Origin: Girardia tigrina
Taxonomy: Eukaryota
Length of the DNA stretch: 58,961 nucleotides
Reading direction: 5' to 3'
NCBI GenBank assembly: GCA_001938485.1
Contig: MQRK01254793.1
Location: forward strand, 1 to 58,961
Shown here: positions 37,742-50,136 of the stretch, in pieces
How the letters are laid out: every line of letters starts with the position of its first letter
Position numbering within the stretch: the first letter of the stretch is position 1
The notes under the pieces: generated by a model
Database searches by the model: none
Told to the model about the DNA's origin: nothing
Seen by the model: only the letters and a program-made list of their open reading frames with translations
Translations under genes and position numbers: made by a program

Positions 37742-37975
37742 GTGTCCTTTATCTCATGATTTATATTGTATTTAATAAATATTTCGTATAAAATATTATT
37801 TTTTGTAATGTTTTATGACCATATAAGTTGTGATTGGGAAACTTTAATATTCACTAACTCATTATGATTTTAGTCATTTTCTCATTACGTTTTTCATATT
37901 AATTAATTAAATTTCTAACCCTTAAATTGCCCTACGGGAACGCAGGCATACGATTTTCGTAAAAACTTGCTACTA

Positions 37976-39282
37976 GGTAGTCGGCTCTTTCAACCCATGA
38001 CCTAGCTCAGCCCATATACATTTTCAACCTATATTTCAACCCACATAGTAAATTATTATATACTGATATAAAATATAATTAGTAATTTAATAATAAGATA
38101 ATAATGTTCTTATGGCATATTTAATTTTGCATTATTTACAATATTTAGCATTATTTCTCCAACTTCAAAAAAATACCTCTCGTGTTATTTTCGATATGCA
38201 CCTTTGGGTTAATTAATATACAACCATAAAAAATATTAGATTCAATTACAAGTTTATCATATAAATCATTTCTTCCGGTTCGTGATATTTGTGCGCTCGA
38301 AGTTTGATACTGATGTTATTTTTTTATTATATTTTTTTTATTAATCTTGGAAACCGATATTTGTTTATTTTCTAATTTTGAATTTAAATAATAATAATTT
38401 AGAGAAAAATTAAATTCAAGTAAGTTTCAAATAAATCTTAGAAAAAACATGTCTTGCTTTGCCCTTCTACAACCACAATAGAACATTATGGCAAACAATG
38501 CCATCTTTTCCCGTTCACCAGAGCCAAAAGTGTCAAATTACAGATGGCGTAAAATTAAAACATTTATAATTTCAATTTATATAATTTGCAATTTCCTTCA
38601 TAATTTTTCGTTGGTTGAAGGGCACTTCAACCCATGACCTTTTTCTACCCGCGGCTATTTCAATATTGTATATTTTCAACGCTCGACCTTTTCAACCCCC
38701 ACAAAAAATTTAATTGTTATTATATATTAATTGAGGAAATATATGGTCTTAATGGAAAACACATTAATTTACTATGTTATAAAATCATTTATTTCTCAAA
38801 AATGAAATACAATGCACATCAAATACAGTACACCAGCAAGTTGTAAACTGACTAGATAAGTGAAATCCTATGACAAGTTAACATAATAATTTATTATTAT
38901 GATTGCTAAATTAAGAAATTAATCATAAATTAAATGAAAATAAAAGAAATTTAAAATAATCATCTGTTATCCAAACATATTCATTTAAAAATTTGAAAAC
39001 TACTTTAATAGACTAGAAATTTTTTACCTGAATTATAATTAAGTAATCACTTAGTTAACAAGTTAGACAATTTTAACAATAAAATTTTTTAATAGTATTT
39101 TTTTATTTTTACAATTTTATTTGAAATTTGTATAATTTTACTAATTTTCCAATTTTTATTTTTTTAATTATATTGAAATAAAGGTTGAAAGGACCGGGGT
39201 TGAAAATGTATATGGGATGAAAGGACTGGGGTTGAGAATGTACAAGTGGTTAATTAGGTCATGGTTGAAACGTCCTACAACC
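37976..39282. mobile_element. MULE-type MITE(s) with TTCAACCC subterminal repeats
   Basis: Left ends GGT...TTCAACCCATGACC at 37976 and 38613; inverted right end at 39181-39282. Confidence 0.65.
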
Positions 39283-39353
39283 TTGTAGTTACATATTTAA
39301 GCATTTTATTTCTCAGTATATTGATAATTATAATCAAGTGTTTATCAAGTTAA

Positions 39354-40081
39354 CCTTTGTCGCCCGGTACGGGTTATATTTTGCACCTCACAAAATTCAT
39401 ACTAAAAATTATTTTTTCAAGTAATATAATACAATTTGGTTTATATAAATCTCATCAATGAAATTATAAAACACCAATTATAATTATTGTTAATCTTTAA
39501 TTATTATTTAATATTAACAATGACATTGCTAGTTTGATGCGTAAACTAGTTACAGTTAGAAACATGAAATTGGCCACGCTCATTGCAACCTTCACAAGTG
39601 TAGATAAGTCAGGTTGAGCTAGGTACTATTCTTAGTAGGATGTGTCGCGAAATTTAATAAAAAATATAATGCAAAATATAAATTACATGTAAAATTGGAT
39701 TTAAGTCTGGAATTATCTTAGATGATGTTTTAGAGCATGACCCCAACGACTAAATCTGCCTACAAAACGTGGAAGATGTTATCAGTGTCCACAGAAAATG
39801 ATAAAAAGGTGAAAGACACATGTAGCAACTGTAAAAGGTTAGTATGTGCAGTGCAAAGAAAACTGCAGACAAATGTTGTATGTACAAATTGTTTATTAAA
39901 ATGAACCATATATAAAAATTTATTGTAGTAATCATAATAAAATGTAGAAAATATTATATAAATTCAATTTTCTTGAAAAATATATTCAAATATATCATTA
40001 AACTAATCAAATTAAGTGGGATCCTAAGAGGAGCCCGCATGGGTATTTACGTTGACTTTAATATCATGGGCATTTAAGAGC
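39354..40081 (+). mobile_element. piggyBac deletion derivative retaining the C-terminal Cys-rich domain
   Basis: TTAA-flanked degenerate ends; KRGRCYQCP...DKKVKDTCSNCKRLVC at about 39766-39850. Confidence 0.65.
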
Positions 40082-41001
40082 TTAAGATGTAATAGTATTT
40101 TTTTTCGAGTTAAATTTTATGTGATGGTAAAGTTTTTATATTGAACTTTTGTCATCTTTGAAAACTAAAATTATTTATATTTTTGTTCATCCTAATCACC
40201 ACCATCGAAATTTTCCTTTTACATCATTTGGAGTAATTAACCCCTGTTCTCCGACCACAAATATAAACGATCGCTATTTATAAACATAAATATATTTTGA
40301 AACTTAATCAATTTTAATCCATTTCTGAAATAATTTTTCACTGTCATACTTTTGAAAGTGCTTAAGTCATGAAAAGATTAATTAAAAACATTAATAAGTT
40401 GACATAGGTATACCTTCAATTCAATAGTTATTGTATTCGGGGCATTTTTAGTAAGATTCAATCATCCAAAATTAATGTGTAAGCATCGATAAAAAGACTA
40501 ACAATATTTAAAATGATTAAACGGAAATAAAATATATAAATTGTAAAACACGTATAGGACATTACAATAGCATTTATTTACACTAAATTAACATATTTAT
40601 ATTTATATTTTATGAGTTTTTTTGTAAACAGTGCATTGCCAAAGGTAAATGGACACACAATAAGAAATACAAATAGTAATATATGAATCAATCAATACTA
40701 AGAAACTGATTTTGCCTGCTAAAGTCGCTGCAAAATCTGAGAAAATATCACCTTTGATCAAAAGAAAAGAACCAATAAAAGAATGGAAAGTTAAGGTATC
40801 TACATTTACAAAGTTTTGGTACAAGTTAATTCCGATATTGAAATTTCTGGAAAGCAACGTACTTCATGAATAGCTTTGTGATCTAAAACAAGAAAGCAAC
40901 TATTTCAAGACGAGAGATTCAAACACCTGTTCAATTGATTTTACCGGGAGAATTTTCAAAACACGTGTGTCTGTGAAGGAATGAAAATGAATGACTAAAT
41001 A

Positions 41002-41500
41002 CACTGGATCAAAGTAAATAAAAAATGTAATTTTAATATTATTGGCAACAAGATTTATTCAAGATTTATTCAAGACACACACAAGGGAATGAAATAAATT
41101 AATTTGTTGAGAACATCTTGGGATCTCGCAGCTTAAACTTCTTGAATAACATTGAGGAAAACATAGGCAGATGAAGTCTTTTTCTACTTTTGTGATGGCT
41201 TGATCAAAAACAAACCAACAATTCTCTATTGCGTTCATACCAAGTTATTGAGCAGGCCAAGTAAACCATGAAATATTCAATAGCTGAATTCAGGTTTTAG
41301 TTGCTTTGGCAGAATTGGCAGTTGTACCATCTTAAATGAATAGGCTGTGTGTTTTTCAAGAAGACCCTCATCAAGGACTTAAGTATAAGCCTATGAATTA
41401 ACAGAACTTGGGAAATGTATTAACTCAGACCTACCAGTGAATCATATCGCTTCCATAAACATAAAACTGGGACTATGCTTGTTCATGATTGTTCCGAGAA
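41002..41500 (-). mobile_element. Decayed Tc1 transposase 3' fragment
   Basis: FI*DGTTANSAK...WFTWPAQ*LGMNAIENCW. Confidence 0.6.
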
Positions 41501-42519
41501 TTATCTGACTACTTCTCCTTTCCACTGAATTATTCAGTTCCACGAGGGTAATCGATCGAGCCAGCCATGATCGATCGCATTTAACTTCGGTCAACGAATA
41601 ATTGTTGCGCAATCGAGAAATAGAAGTCAACGGTGATGGGACTCTGAATGACGTGTAACATTTGACATTATAGATCACCGACTCGGCGATTGTCTCGAAA
41701 ATCAATTCTTCCGAGCTCTCGCGATTGCGTATTCTCGGGAATTTGAACGCGTAATTCTATTTATCATTATTCGTACTGTAATGATTGTCGAGTTCGTTCA
41801 GAAATTTGAACAGCAATTTACCACTCGGATTACTCTAACTTATTTAAAAATCGCCTCGCAGATGTTTGAATTTGTTCAGACGGATTCGTAAATACACCTC
41901 AAGGGGCTGTTTGACAGTTTGTTTGTTCCTATTAGAATAAAATTTTAAGGTTTCCTTCTTTATCGAATCGAAATACCCTATAATTATATCATGCATATAT
42001 TTGGTCTGTAAACAATTTAAGTGAACGATATTGACAAATCCATAGAGATACATTTTGAAATTGGCATTACTCCACATCTCGAAAGTCCTTAAATCGTCAA
42101 ATGTGTGTCAAGAAGAATCCAACGGAGTCTTTCATTGAAATCTTTAAATATCGAGTCTTCAATGCAAATTAAATTCAAACTCCCACCGCCGTTACGTGAA
42201 TGAAATCAATTATTTTCTATTGTTTCTTTCGAAAACTCACATGTAATTTAGTGGTAAAACCAAAGTGCAGTACGATTGAAAATTATTTATTATTTTTCGC
42301 ACACAACATTAAACACTGATGATTAAAATAACGCTTTTTAACAAGGCAATATTTTTTTTACAATTCAAATTCTTTTACAAACCCAACTTTTAATAATATA
42401 ATTTTTTATAAATCACTTTTTTTTCATCTATATATATATATACAAATCTTTATTTTAAAAGTTACGATTTTATAATTTTAATTTCCTTGTGGAACTTTTT
42501 AATTCTTGCTTGCCATTAA

Positions 42520-42740
42520 ATTCTTATGACTAACATTAAATTCATGATCTGGTCGACGCCGCACCCAGACATGTCCGCTAGTTGAGAACTGCCTAAAGAA
42601 ACTCGCATCACTGAATATTATTGTCTTCCAAATATTAAATGGCTCCATCGCAACGATGAATAGTATTGCTATGGGGTAACAGTGACTTCCGACGTGCTAT
42701 CCTAAAAATTGTAAACTCCCGATGCCATTGCAGTTCACCA
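42520..42740 (-). mobile_element. Tc1 transposase fragment (first catalytic Asp region)
   Basis: WKTIIFSDASFF...HVWVRRRP. Confidence 0.6.
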
Positions 42741-42755
42741 GAAATCTAGAGAGGA

Positions 42756-43400
42756 ATGGAACCACAAGGAGAAGTGGTTGCAAAGAAATTGGCAAAGCAT
42801 CTCGAAGATGAGGAACCAATTAAAGGCAAATGTGAAGTGTCTGATTGCAATTGCGGTCGATTGTTATGCTATGCAAGTTCAATCGCTATCGGTATCTCTG
42901 TAAAGATAGAGGGAGCAGTGGTGGAGGAAGCATTTTGGTTTTGCAAGGAAGAGGAAGCTTCTCACGTCTGCCTAACAGAGCTCAAACCTGCAAATGAGGC
43001 GATAAAAGTAGCTGATTCGTGGACCTGAGCGAGTTTGAACTAATGACCGACTCCGTCACCATATTCGGATGGCTAGCATACACGATAACGGGCTATGGGC
43101 CAGTCGAATCATGCGGGATAAGCAAGCTACTTGCTAAACAATGCATCATCATTATTAAGAAAATCGTAGAGGAATAGGAGCTGAAAGAGAAACTGAGACT
43201 GGTCAGTTCGGCGAAGAACAATATATATTGCCTTTCTAAAGTGCCCAGTGATTGGTTGGCCGCGTCAAAGGAACACCTGTCAGTGGCGACAGAAACGGTT
43301 GACGGTAGTGAGAGTCGCTTGACAGCCTATAAACGATCGCGGTTTTCACCATTTCAGAGTCGGAAGAATGATGTTTCTGGTGAGAAGATTTTGAAGATGT
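42756..43400 (+). mobile_element. Decayed RNase H fragment related to the Gypsy element at 32602-36118
   Basis: Collinear with the 34300-34950 protein (ASSIAIGISVKIEG..VEEAFW...MTDSVT). Confidence 0.8.
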
Positions 43401-44008
43401 TGAAACGTGTGTAGATTAGTATTTTTTTAATAAAGTGGAAGCACGTACGTTGAATCACCGTTTGTGGAGAAATTAAGTTATCATTATCGACTATGGGCCA
43501 GTGGTTTTTCCTTTTTCCTTTTTTCTCTTTTAACTCCTATTCCTCTATGATTTTCTTACTGATGCTGATGAACCGTTTAGCAAGTAGCTTGCTTATCCCG
43601 CATGATTCGACTGGTTCTTGTAGCTTCATATATATTACGTTACTGCTAGAAACAAAAATTTAATTTTTTTGCCAAAAATAATTTTAAAAATAAATAGTTT
43701 CAATATTGATTATACAGATGTAAGTAAATTGTCCATGTAAATAATCTAGTAATTCTGCATCGGTAATGTGATTGTTCGATATGATTTTTGAAGCATCACT
43801 TATTTTCTTTGGTCACTTTTTGCCTCGTCATGTAATTTTATTTTGATATTTCTACTTAATATAAATGAATTGTTTATTCAATTATCTAGAGACTTCCACA
43901 CCGATGCATTGCAATGGTGAATTAAAATTATTAAAATTAGATATTAAATATTTTTATCAATTATTTAATTTTATCGTAAATCGATAAACTGATATCGATA
44001 ATTAAATT

Positions 44009-44059
44009 ATGGATGAAGCTGTACAGGAAGAAAACCAGCAGGAAATACTGCCTGAAATA
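44009..44059 (+). CDS. LRRC23: LRRC23 exon 1
   Basis: ATG, acidic MDEAVQEENQQEILPEI, followed by a 41-nt GT-AG intron. Confidence 0.7.
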
Positions 44060-44100
44060 GTAAAGTGTTTGGAACATCCCAACATAACGTTCCCGTTTAG

Positions 44101-44210
44101 ATAGTAGATTTCCCTTTACCGATAGAAATGATAGCAAGTAGTCTCGGACTTCTACTGAAAGGTTTATTTGGCGAAGGTTACATGTACACGAGAATCATGC
44201 TCAACGAAAA
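44101..44210 (+). CDS. LRRC23: LRRC23 exon 2
   Basis: PLPIEMIASSLGLLLKGLFGEGYMYTRI resembles the LRRC23 N-terminal block as I recall it; 48-nt intron follows. Confidence 0.8.
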
Positions 44211-44258
44211 GTTACATATTATTTCACCGATTTTCATTCAACTTTTATTTATTATCAG

Positions 44259-44515
44259 AAAACTGACGGACATAGAAAATCTCCGATCGTATATAAATTT
44301 ATTTTACGTAAATATTTCCAAAAATTATCTGGAAAATATTAACGCATTGGAGAAAATGACTTACATGTTGACATTGGATGCTTCGTTCAATCGAATAAGC
44401 GATATTGTAGTTATTGCCAGTCATCAGTTCTTGAGTGAAGTAAATTTAGCTAAAAATAACATCGAGACGCTGCCGAAGATTGACATGCCGTTGCTGAAGA
44501 AACTCAACCTTAATT
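44259..44515 (+). CDS. LRRC23: LRRC23 exon 3 (leucine-rich repeats)
   Basis: LTDIENLRSYINLFYVNISKNYL...LKKLNLN; gtaag donor. Confidence 0.85.
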
Positions 44516-44761
44516 GTAAGAAAATAGAAATCTTGAAACTCTTTCGTTCGTACTTTACCTACGAAAAACAAATTCCTTTGGAAAATTTTTATCTTTTTCA
44601 ATATTTTCTAAATGATTTATTTTATTTTTCGGGTAAAAAACCTTTTAAAATTTTGTCAAATATTTTTTCTGCAAAAATACATTGTTTTTCATCTGGCTAT
44701 AACCATCTGCTTATAATCCATAAATAATAACACAAAATTTATCTAAATTCATTAAAATATA

Positions 44762-44886
44762 CAGGGTGTTCTGAAAGTCCGGTGCAATTCTCACAACAAG
44801 TAAAAAACAAGTTTATTTATTTAAATAAACTGATATTTATAGAAATTGAATATTTGAGAATTGCACAAAAATTTTCGGACATCATG
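44762..44886. mobile_element. Short Tc1/mariner-type MITE
   Basis: TA-CAGGGTGTTCTGAAAG..GTGCAATTCTC with an imperfect inverted copy. Confidence 0.55.
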
Positions 44887-44891
44887 AATAT

Positions 44892-45493
44892 TGTTGGGGT
44901 TTTAAAATATAAATTTAAATGTTTAATCAAAAAGTTTTGTAAAAATTAATTAAAAATAATTCTCTGTTAAAAAAATCAATAATTTTCGATTTACATTATT
45001 TTAATAAAATTTGTATAATATTTATAAATATTTTTAGAATTGTTTTAGCAAACTAATTTTCAAGGTTAGAAAAAACTATTATATAAACAATTATTATTTT
45101 AGTATTATTCACACAAAATTTCGGACAAAAATTATACTTCCGGACCCTACTAAAGTTTTTCATGTTTTGCGGTAATCTTTTTTTTATTATTTTTTGTTAA
45201 CAAATCTAGTATCCTGTAAGAGAGAAAGATTAAAGTTTAAATTTCAGATATTGCTCGTTCTAAATTGATATTGGTTTGTGTTGATTGAGTGTGCTTCAAA
45301 CTATTGATTTAGCGATAAAGTTTCGATTTCAGTTTTGTGCTCAAGTTGTCATTTTCAAATAAAGTTTATTAAAAAGATTTGTGTTCATTCTTCATATATT
45401 ATTGTTGGAAGAAACCTTTTGGTCGATTTGGAGTCAGATTACCAATTTAATATAATCAAAAATAGAAACGAGTTTTAATTGTAATACCCAACA
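44892..45493. mobile_element. Solo LTR (602 bp)
   Basis: TGTTGGG...CCCAACA termini; 4-bp TSD ATAT. Confidence 0.75.
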
Positions 45494-45802
45494 ATATTAT
45501 TTTATAATTCAACCAAAAAAAACTTACAAGGGATTTAATTTAAAACAAATACTTTTTGTAATATTATAATAGTGAAGGATTTATAATCTAGTTACAGTCT
45601 TGCATTTAACTAAATTGAGACCGCAGTTAAGAATAAATATCCTTAATAAGAAGGACAATCCTAAAATAAAGAGCCTATTAAAGGCTACACCAAATTTGCA
45701 AAATTTATTTTAAGAATAGCAATCCTTATTTAAGAGTAAGCCATAATTTAAAAAACATAATACACATGCAAGGTATAAATACAAAATAATCAACGTATCA
45801 AT

Positions 45803-46892
45803 TTGAGATGGGCGTTTATCCTTAAAATCCTCTCAATCCAACTCGAATTTTCCTCAGTCATACCCGAATCCAACCCGACATGATTTTATTATAATGCGAC
45901 CCGAACCGACTGTATGCTATAACAGCCCGAATCAACCCGAATGTAAATTAATCTTTATACACAACAAATTATCAATCTTCTCCAAATGATGAGGCCATAA
46001 AAGACCTCACAAAAAGCATTTTATCTAGGGTAGTTGGTGAAAAACGAACACGCCTTTTATTTATTATAAAACCAGCTTCCCATAATGCTCTCTCTGATGC
46101 TGCAGAAGACACAGGTACGCTAAAAATAAATCGAAAGACTCGAGACAATTGAGGATTGCTACTCTCTCTGGATTTATACCAATCTATTGGTTCTTCTTGA
46201 GTAGATGTCCAGTTTCCCTTTGAGAGCTGTTTCCTCCACTTTGTTACCATACAATTCGAATCTATTCTATCTTTTTTGGTCATTGTTCCGATTCCCCCTT
46301 TTCTTGATAGACCCGATCTTATATTGCTCTTCGTTTGGCTGAACACCAACTTGATGGGGTTCAAGAATGGGGAGTACGGCGGTAAAAGAACAATTTCCGT
46401 ATGGCTAGGGGTAGATCACTATGAATTGATGCATTATCATGGATTAGAAATGTCTTGTATGGGTTAGACGCTGAATGAGCTCCGAGATAAATCCCTGATA
46501 CATCTCTCTGTTCACTGAACCACTTAGGGCAGTAAAATATTGGGGTCCTTTTACCGAAATGGCCATAATTAAAATAATGATTTTTCCTCTGTTTTTTGGA
46601 ATAATGGAATGAATTCTTACTCCCTTTTCGAGCGTCCTGTTGTTTTTTGAGTCTAAAGATTCAAACCCATCTATTCGATGTATATGATTTTGTTTAATAC
46701 TTACATTTTGTAAATAAACAGGAAAATGTTAGTTTTGAAACTTTGTGATAAATCGGATATTTGTAAACCCTAACTCAACCCGACTTTCTTAACTGTAATC
46801 CGTACCCGACTCGACCTGAAGTAAGAAATCGCTAACTCGCCCGAACCCGACCCGATACCGGGTTGGGTTCGGGTCACAATCGTCGATCTCTA
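45803..46892 (-). mobile_element. hAT deletion derivative (dimerisation domain) containing an IS630/Tc1-type DDE fragment
   Basis: TIR T(A/T)GAGAT; ACCCGA subterminal repeats; 6/8-matching TSD; PIDWYK...SVPVSSAASERA; inner HDNASIH and LPPYSPFLNPI. Confidence 0.8.
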
Positions 46893-47616
46893 ATAACAAT
46901 TGTATAAGATTATTATATCTCTAATACCAATTGTATAAGATGTATTGTCTTTTGTATTCATGCATTGCATGAGTGTGCAGTATGTATTTTGTGTTATATT
47001 ATAAATTATTGTTAAATACGGAATGCTATTATTAAAATCAATTACACGATAATAATATAATAATAAATAATATGATTATAATAATACGATATTATTATAG
47101 ATATTTATATTATTAACTGTAGATTCAATGCAGTTGAATGCAGAGACTATAAAACTTGTAAATGGATATAATCTTATATTATAGGTAAAAAATAACTATC
47201 AGTATTTGTTTGTGGAGAAATAAACACTTCAATTACTTATAATTTGTTCAACTAAATTCTAGACAAAATTTAAAATTTCACCGAACATATCTTGAAAAAC
47301 CGTTTTGGCCAGCTTATTTAAAGAAGGATAAAATCCAATTATTTTGTTAGATTATTAAAGTCAAAAATTTGTATGATAAATCAAAAAAGTCAAAATTTTC
47401 AAAACGCCAAATTAACTAGACATTATTATTTAATTTATATTTACTAATTTAATTTCAAAGTAAATTTAATATTTTAAATAAATATTAAAATACTTTAAAA
47501 TTTTTGTTAAAATAATATTTAATTTAATCTTTCTTTTAAATTTGCAGGGACAAAAACAGAACTATTACTGACTTCCCGTGTATTTTATAATTTTATTCTT
47601 CTTTTGACACTACATA

Positions 47617-48667
47617 CAGTCAAACCCCGGTTTAACGAAAAACACAGGGATCGAGGAAATATTCGTTAAAGCGGGTTTTGAATATAATGGCCGGTCCATC
47701 CCTAATTTTATTTACTATTCATTGTTAGGATTTAAAGAAGAAAAATCCATATACTTTATTGAAAAACATTTAATTCCCGTTCAGAATATTTAAATTTAAT
47801 CAGGAATGAGGCCGAAAACACGGAAAAAATAGAAGAGAGCTCCGAAATCGAAAATACTCAGCGCTGTAATTTAAATTATTCCAGTTCAGAAAACTCAGAA
47901 GACATAGCACCACTCGAGAATATTTCAGAAATTATAGTTGAATCCGTAGAAAACATTAATTCGTTGTCTCATTATTCAATTGACGAAAAATTTCGCGAAA
48001 GATATTAACTCTCAATGAACAAAATCTTCACGTTCAGTTGAGAAAATTTGTCATTAATGATTTGGTTTTGTTAAACGCGTAATCAAAATACAAAACGTGG
48101 AAAATTTTGACGGATTTTTCTACGATAATCAATTTTGTTCTGTTGATTTGTTAAATTAAGGATAAGTAAAAAGTAAAATCTAAACACAAATGAAGAAAAA
48201 AATGTATTTGGAAGTAGAATAAAAAAATATTAATTTGATATGTTTATTTCATAATTAGGTTTATAAAGTTAAAATAAAGCTTAAAATGAAAGCCCACAAC
48301 AGCCCATAAATTTAACTTTAAAGGCAAAAAATTAAAATTATCTTAAATAAATTCACCTAAAAATTTGGTCAATCGATCATTAAAAACTTTATGTAATTTC
48401 ACTAAATTGTAGTTTTTATATTTAAATGTACTATCATTTTAAAATATTTAAACAAAATAAGATTCATGAATTTTATTAATTTAAGTATAAAATAAAAAAC
48501 GGATGTATCATAGGTGAATTTTCGTTAAGGTGGGGTTTTGATTTTGTAAAATGTGAAGACAACGTTCGTTAAATCGAGGTTTTCATTAGAATTGGGTTCG
48601 CTAAAGCGAAATGTACGGTGTTTCGGCAGGGACTTCACTATTCTTTCGTTAAATCGGGATTTGGTTG
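47617..48667. mobile_element. pogo/Tigger-like non-autonomous element
   Basis: TIR CAGTCAAACCCCGGTTTAACGAAA with an imperfect inverted copy; TA TSD; TTCGTTAA subterminal repeats. Confidence 0.8.
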
Positions 48668-48749
48668 TAGTTTAGTTTAATTCAATGTCAAAAGTGAAAA
48701 AAAATAATTAAAAGAAAAGGAAAAGTCCAAATTATTTTATGGTTATTGG

Positions 48750-49770
48750 GTAAGGCAAACTATTCTGCAAACTTTACAAAGTTGAAGTTTGCTTTGTAAA
48801 ACAAATCTTCAATGATTTACATCTAAAGTCAATGAAACATTTCCGGTTGGCCAGAAGGTTTTTTGATCAAAGAAAAATCACAGCGGCAAATGGGAACCAG
48901 CAATTTTCATTGCAAATCACCGAGATATTTTGAGTGCAGATATGCCACTACACAAATTAGGAAATGATAAAATTGTCCAGCTTTTAAGTTGATGAATTAT
49001 CCATTCCTTTTTGAGACGTATTGCAGAGGCCAGATTGATTTTATTCTCGAAAGTATGATCCAGAAAATCAAATTGGTGCTAAAGGGAGAAAACATTTATT
49101 TTGTTTTTAATGAACCCAGCATCAAAGGTGTGAATATTAGTCATACTCATGTAGGATTGCTTAAAATCCTTAGTAAACACTCATTATACAATCAACTGTT
49201 CCACAAATCTCTGACTGTAACTGATATTTCTATTGAAATCCGCCAAACTTTGTTATTGATAGAGATTTTTTTCGTTTTTTACTTAGCGATGCTGCAAGGT
49301 ATATAGTTTCTGCTCGCAAATCATTAAAAATATTATTTGCAAAGCTTTTTTCATGTTAAATGTGCTTCGCAACTAATGTGCAATGCTACCCAAATATTTC
49401 CCAATAAGTTTAATAATGTTGATAATTTGATATCCTCATTCAAAGTAACAGTCAAAAATATCGATCTAAGAAAGCGTGTTTTGAAAATATTATCTCCAAC
49501 AACATCAATTCTGACCCGGGGTTGATGTAATTCTCTATTATGTGGAGAATTTGTCAAATATAAAAGAATTTTTTAAAATTATCAATGTTAGAGGAGTTCT
49601 TGTAAGCTCTGCAAAAAGGCACTTGAACCACTCAATGTTACAAAATAATTTAATAACAATTATTTCTCAATACAAATGACTGTCAGCTTTGGCAATCAAA
49701 ATGAAAATAAAGAATTTTTCCATTGCAAAAGCACTAGATAAAATAGAAAGTATTGATATGCCTGTTAGAA
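48750..49770 (+). mobile_element. Decayed hAT-like (CGGBP-related) transposase
   Basis: FLSADMPLHKL, LSDAARYI.SARKSLK, LFHVKCASQL, ILTRG; many stops. Confidence 0.6.
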
Positions 49771-50136
49771 GACGAAATACCATTTCCATACGTTTTATTT
49801 AATACAAAAAATCAGTAATTTTCTTCTGCATTTAATTCAATTTAAAGTAACTCCTTAACCAAATTCTTAAAATAGTTTAGTTAAACAAATTATGTAATTT
49901 AATATTTTTCTAAATTAATTCGATTTTTGTTAATTATAATCGAATTTGTTTTTGTAATTTAATTTTAATTAGTTAACAGTTGGCAATTATTTTTGGGAGA
50001 GATAAAATACTCAGCTCCATACATTTCATCATATAATACATAATCTACAAGCAACCCTCTTTATCAAAAATAAAGGACATTCAAAAAATTAAAGAAATGA
50101 AAAATGATAGTGTATCACCAGTGATATGTGTAAGAT

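Noticed and set aside
44516-44727. ORF continuation after LRRC23 exon 3
   Set aside because: Read-through into the intron after a consensus GTAAG donor; the LRR pattern resumes at 52979.
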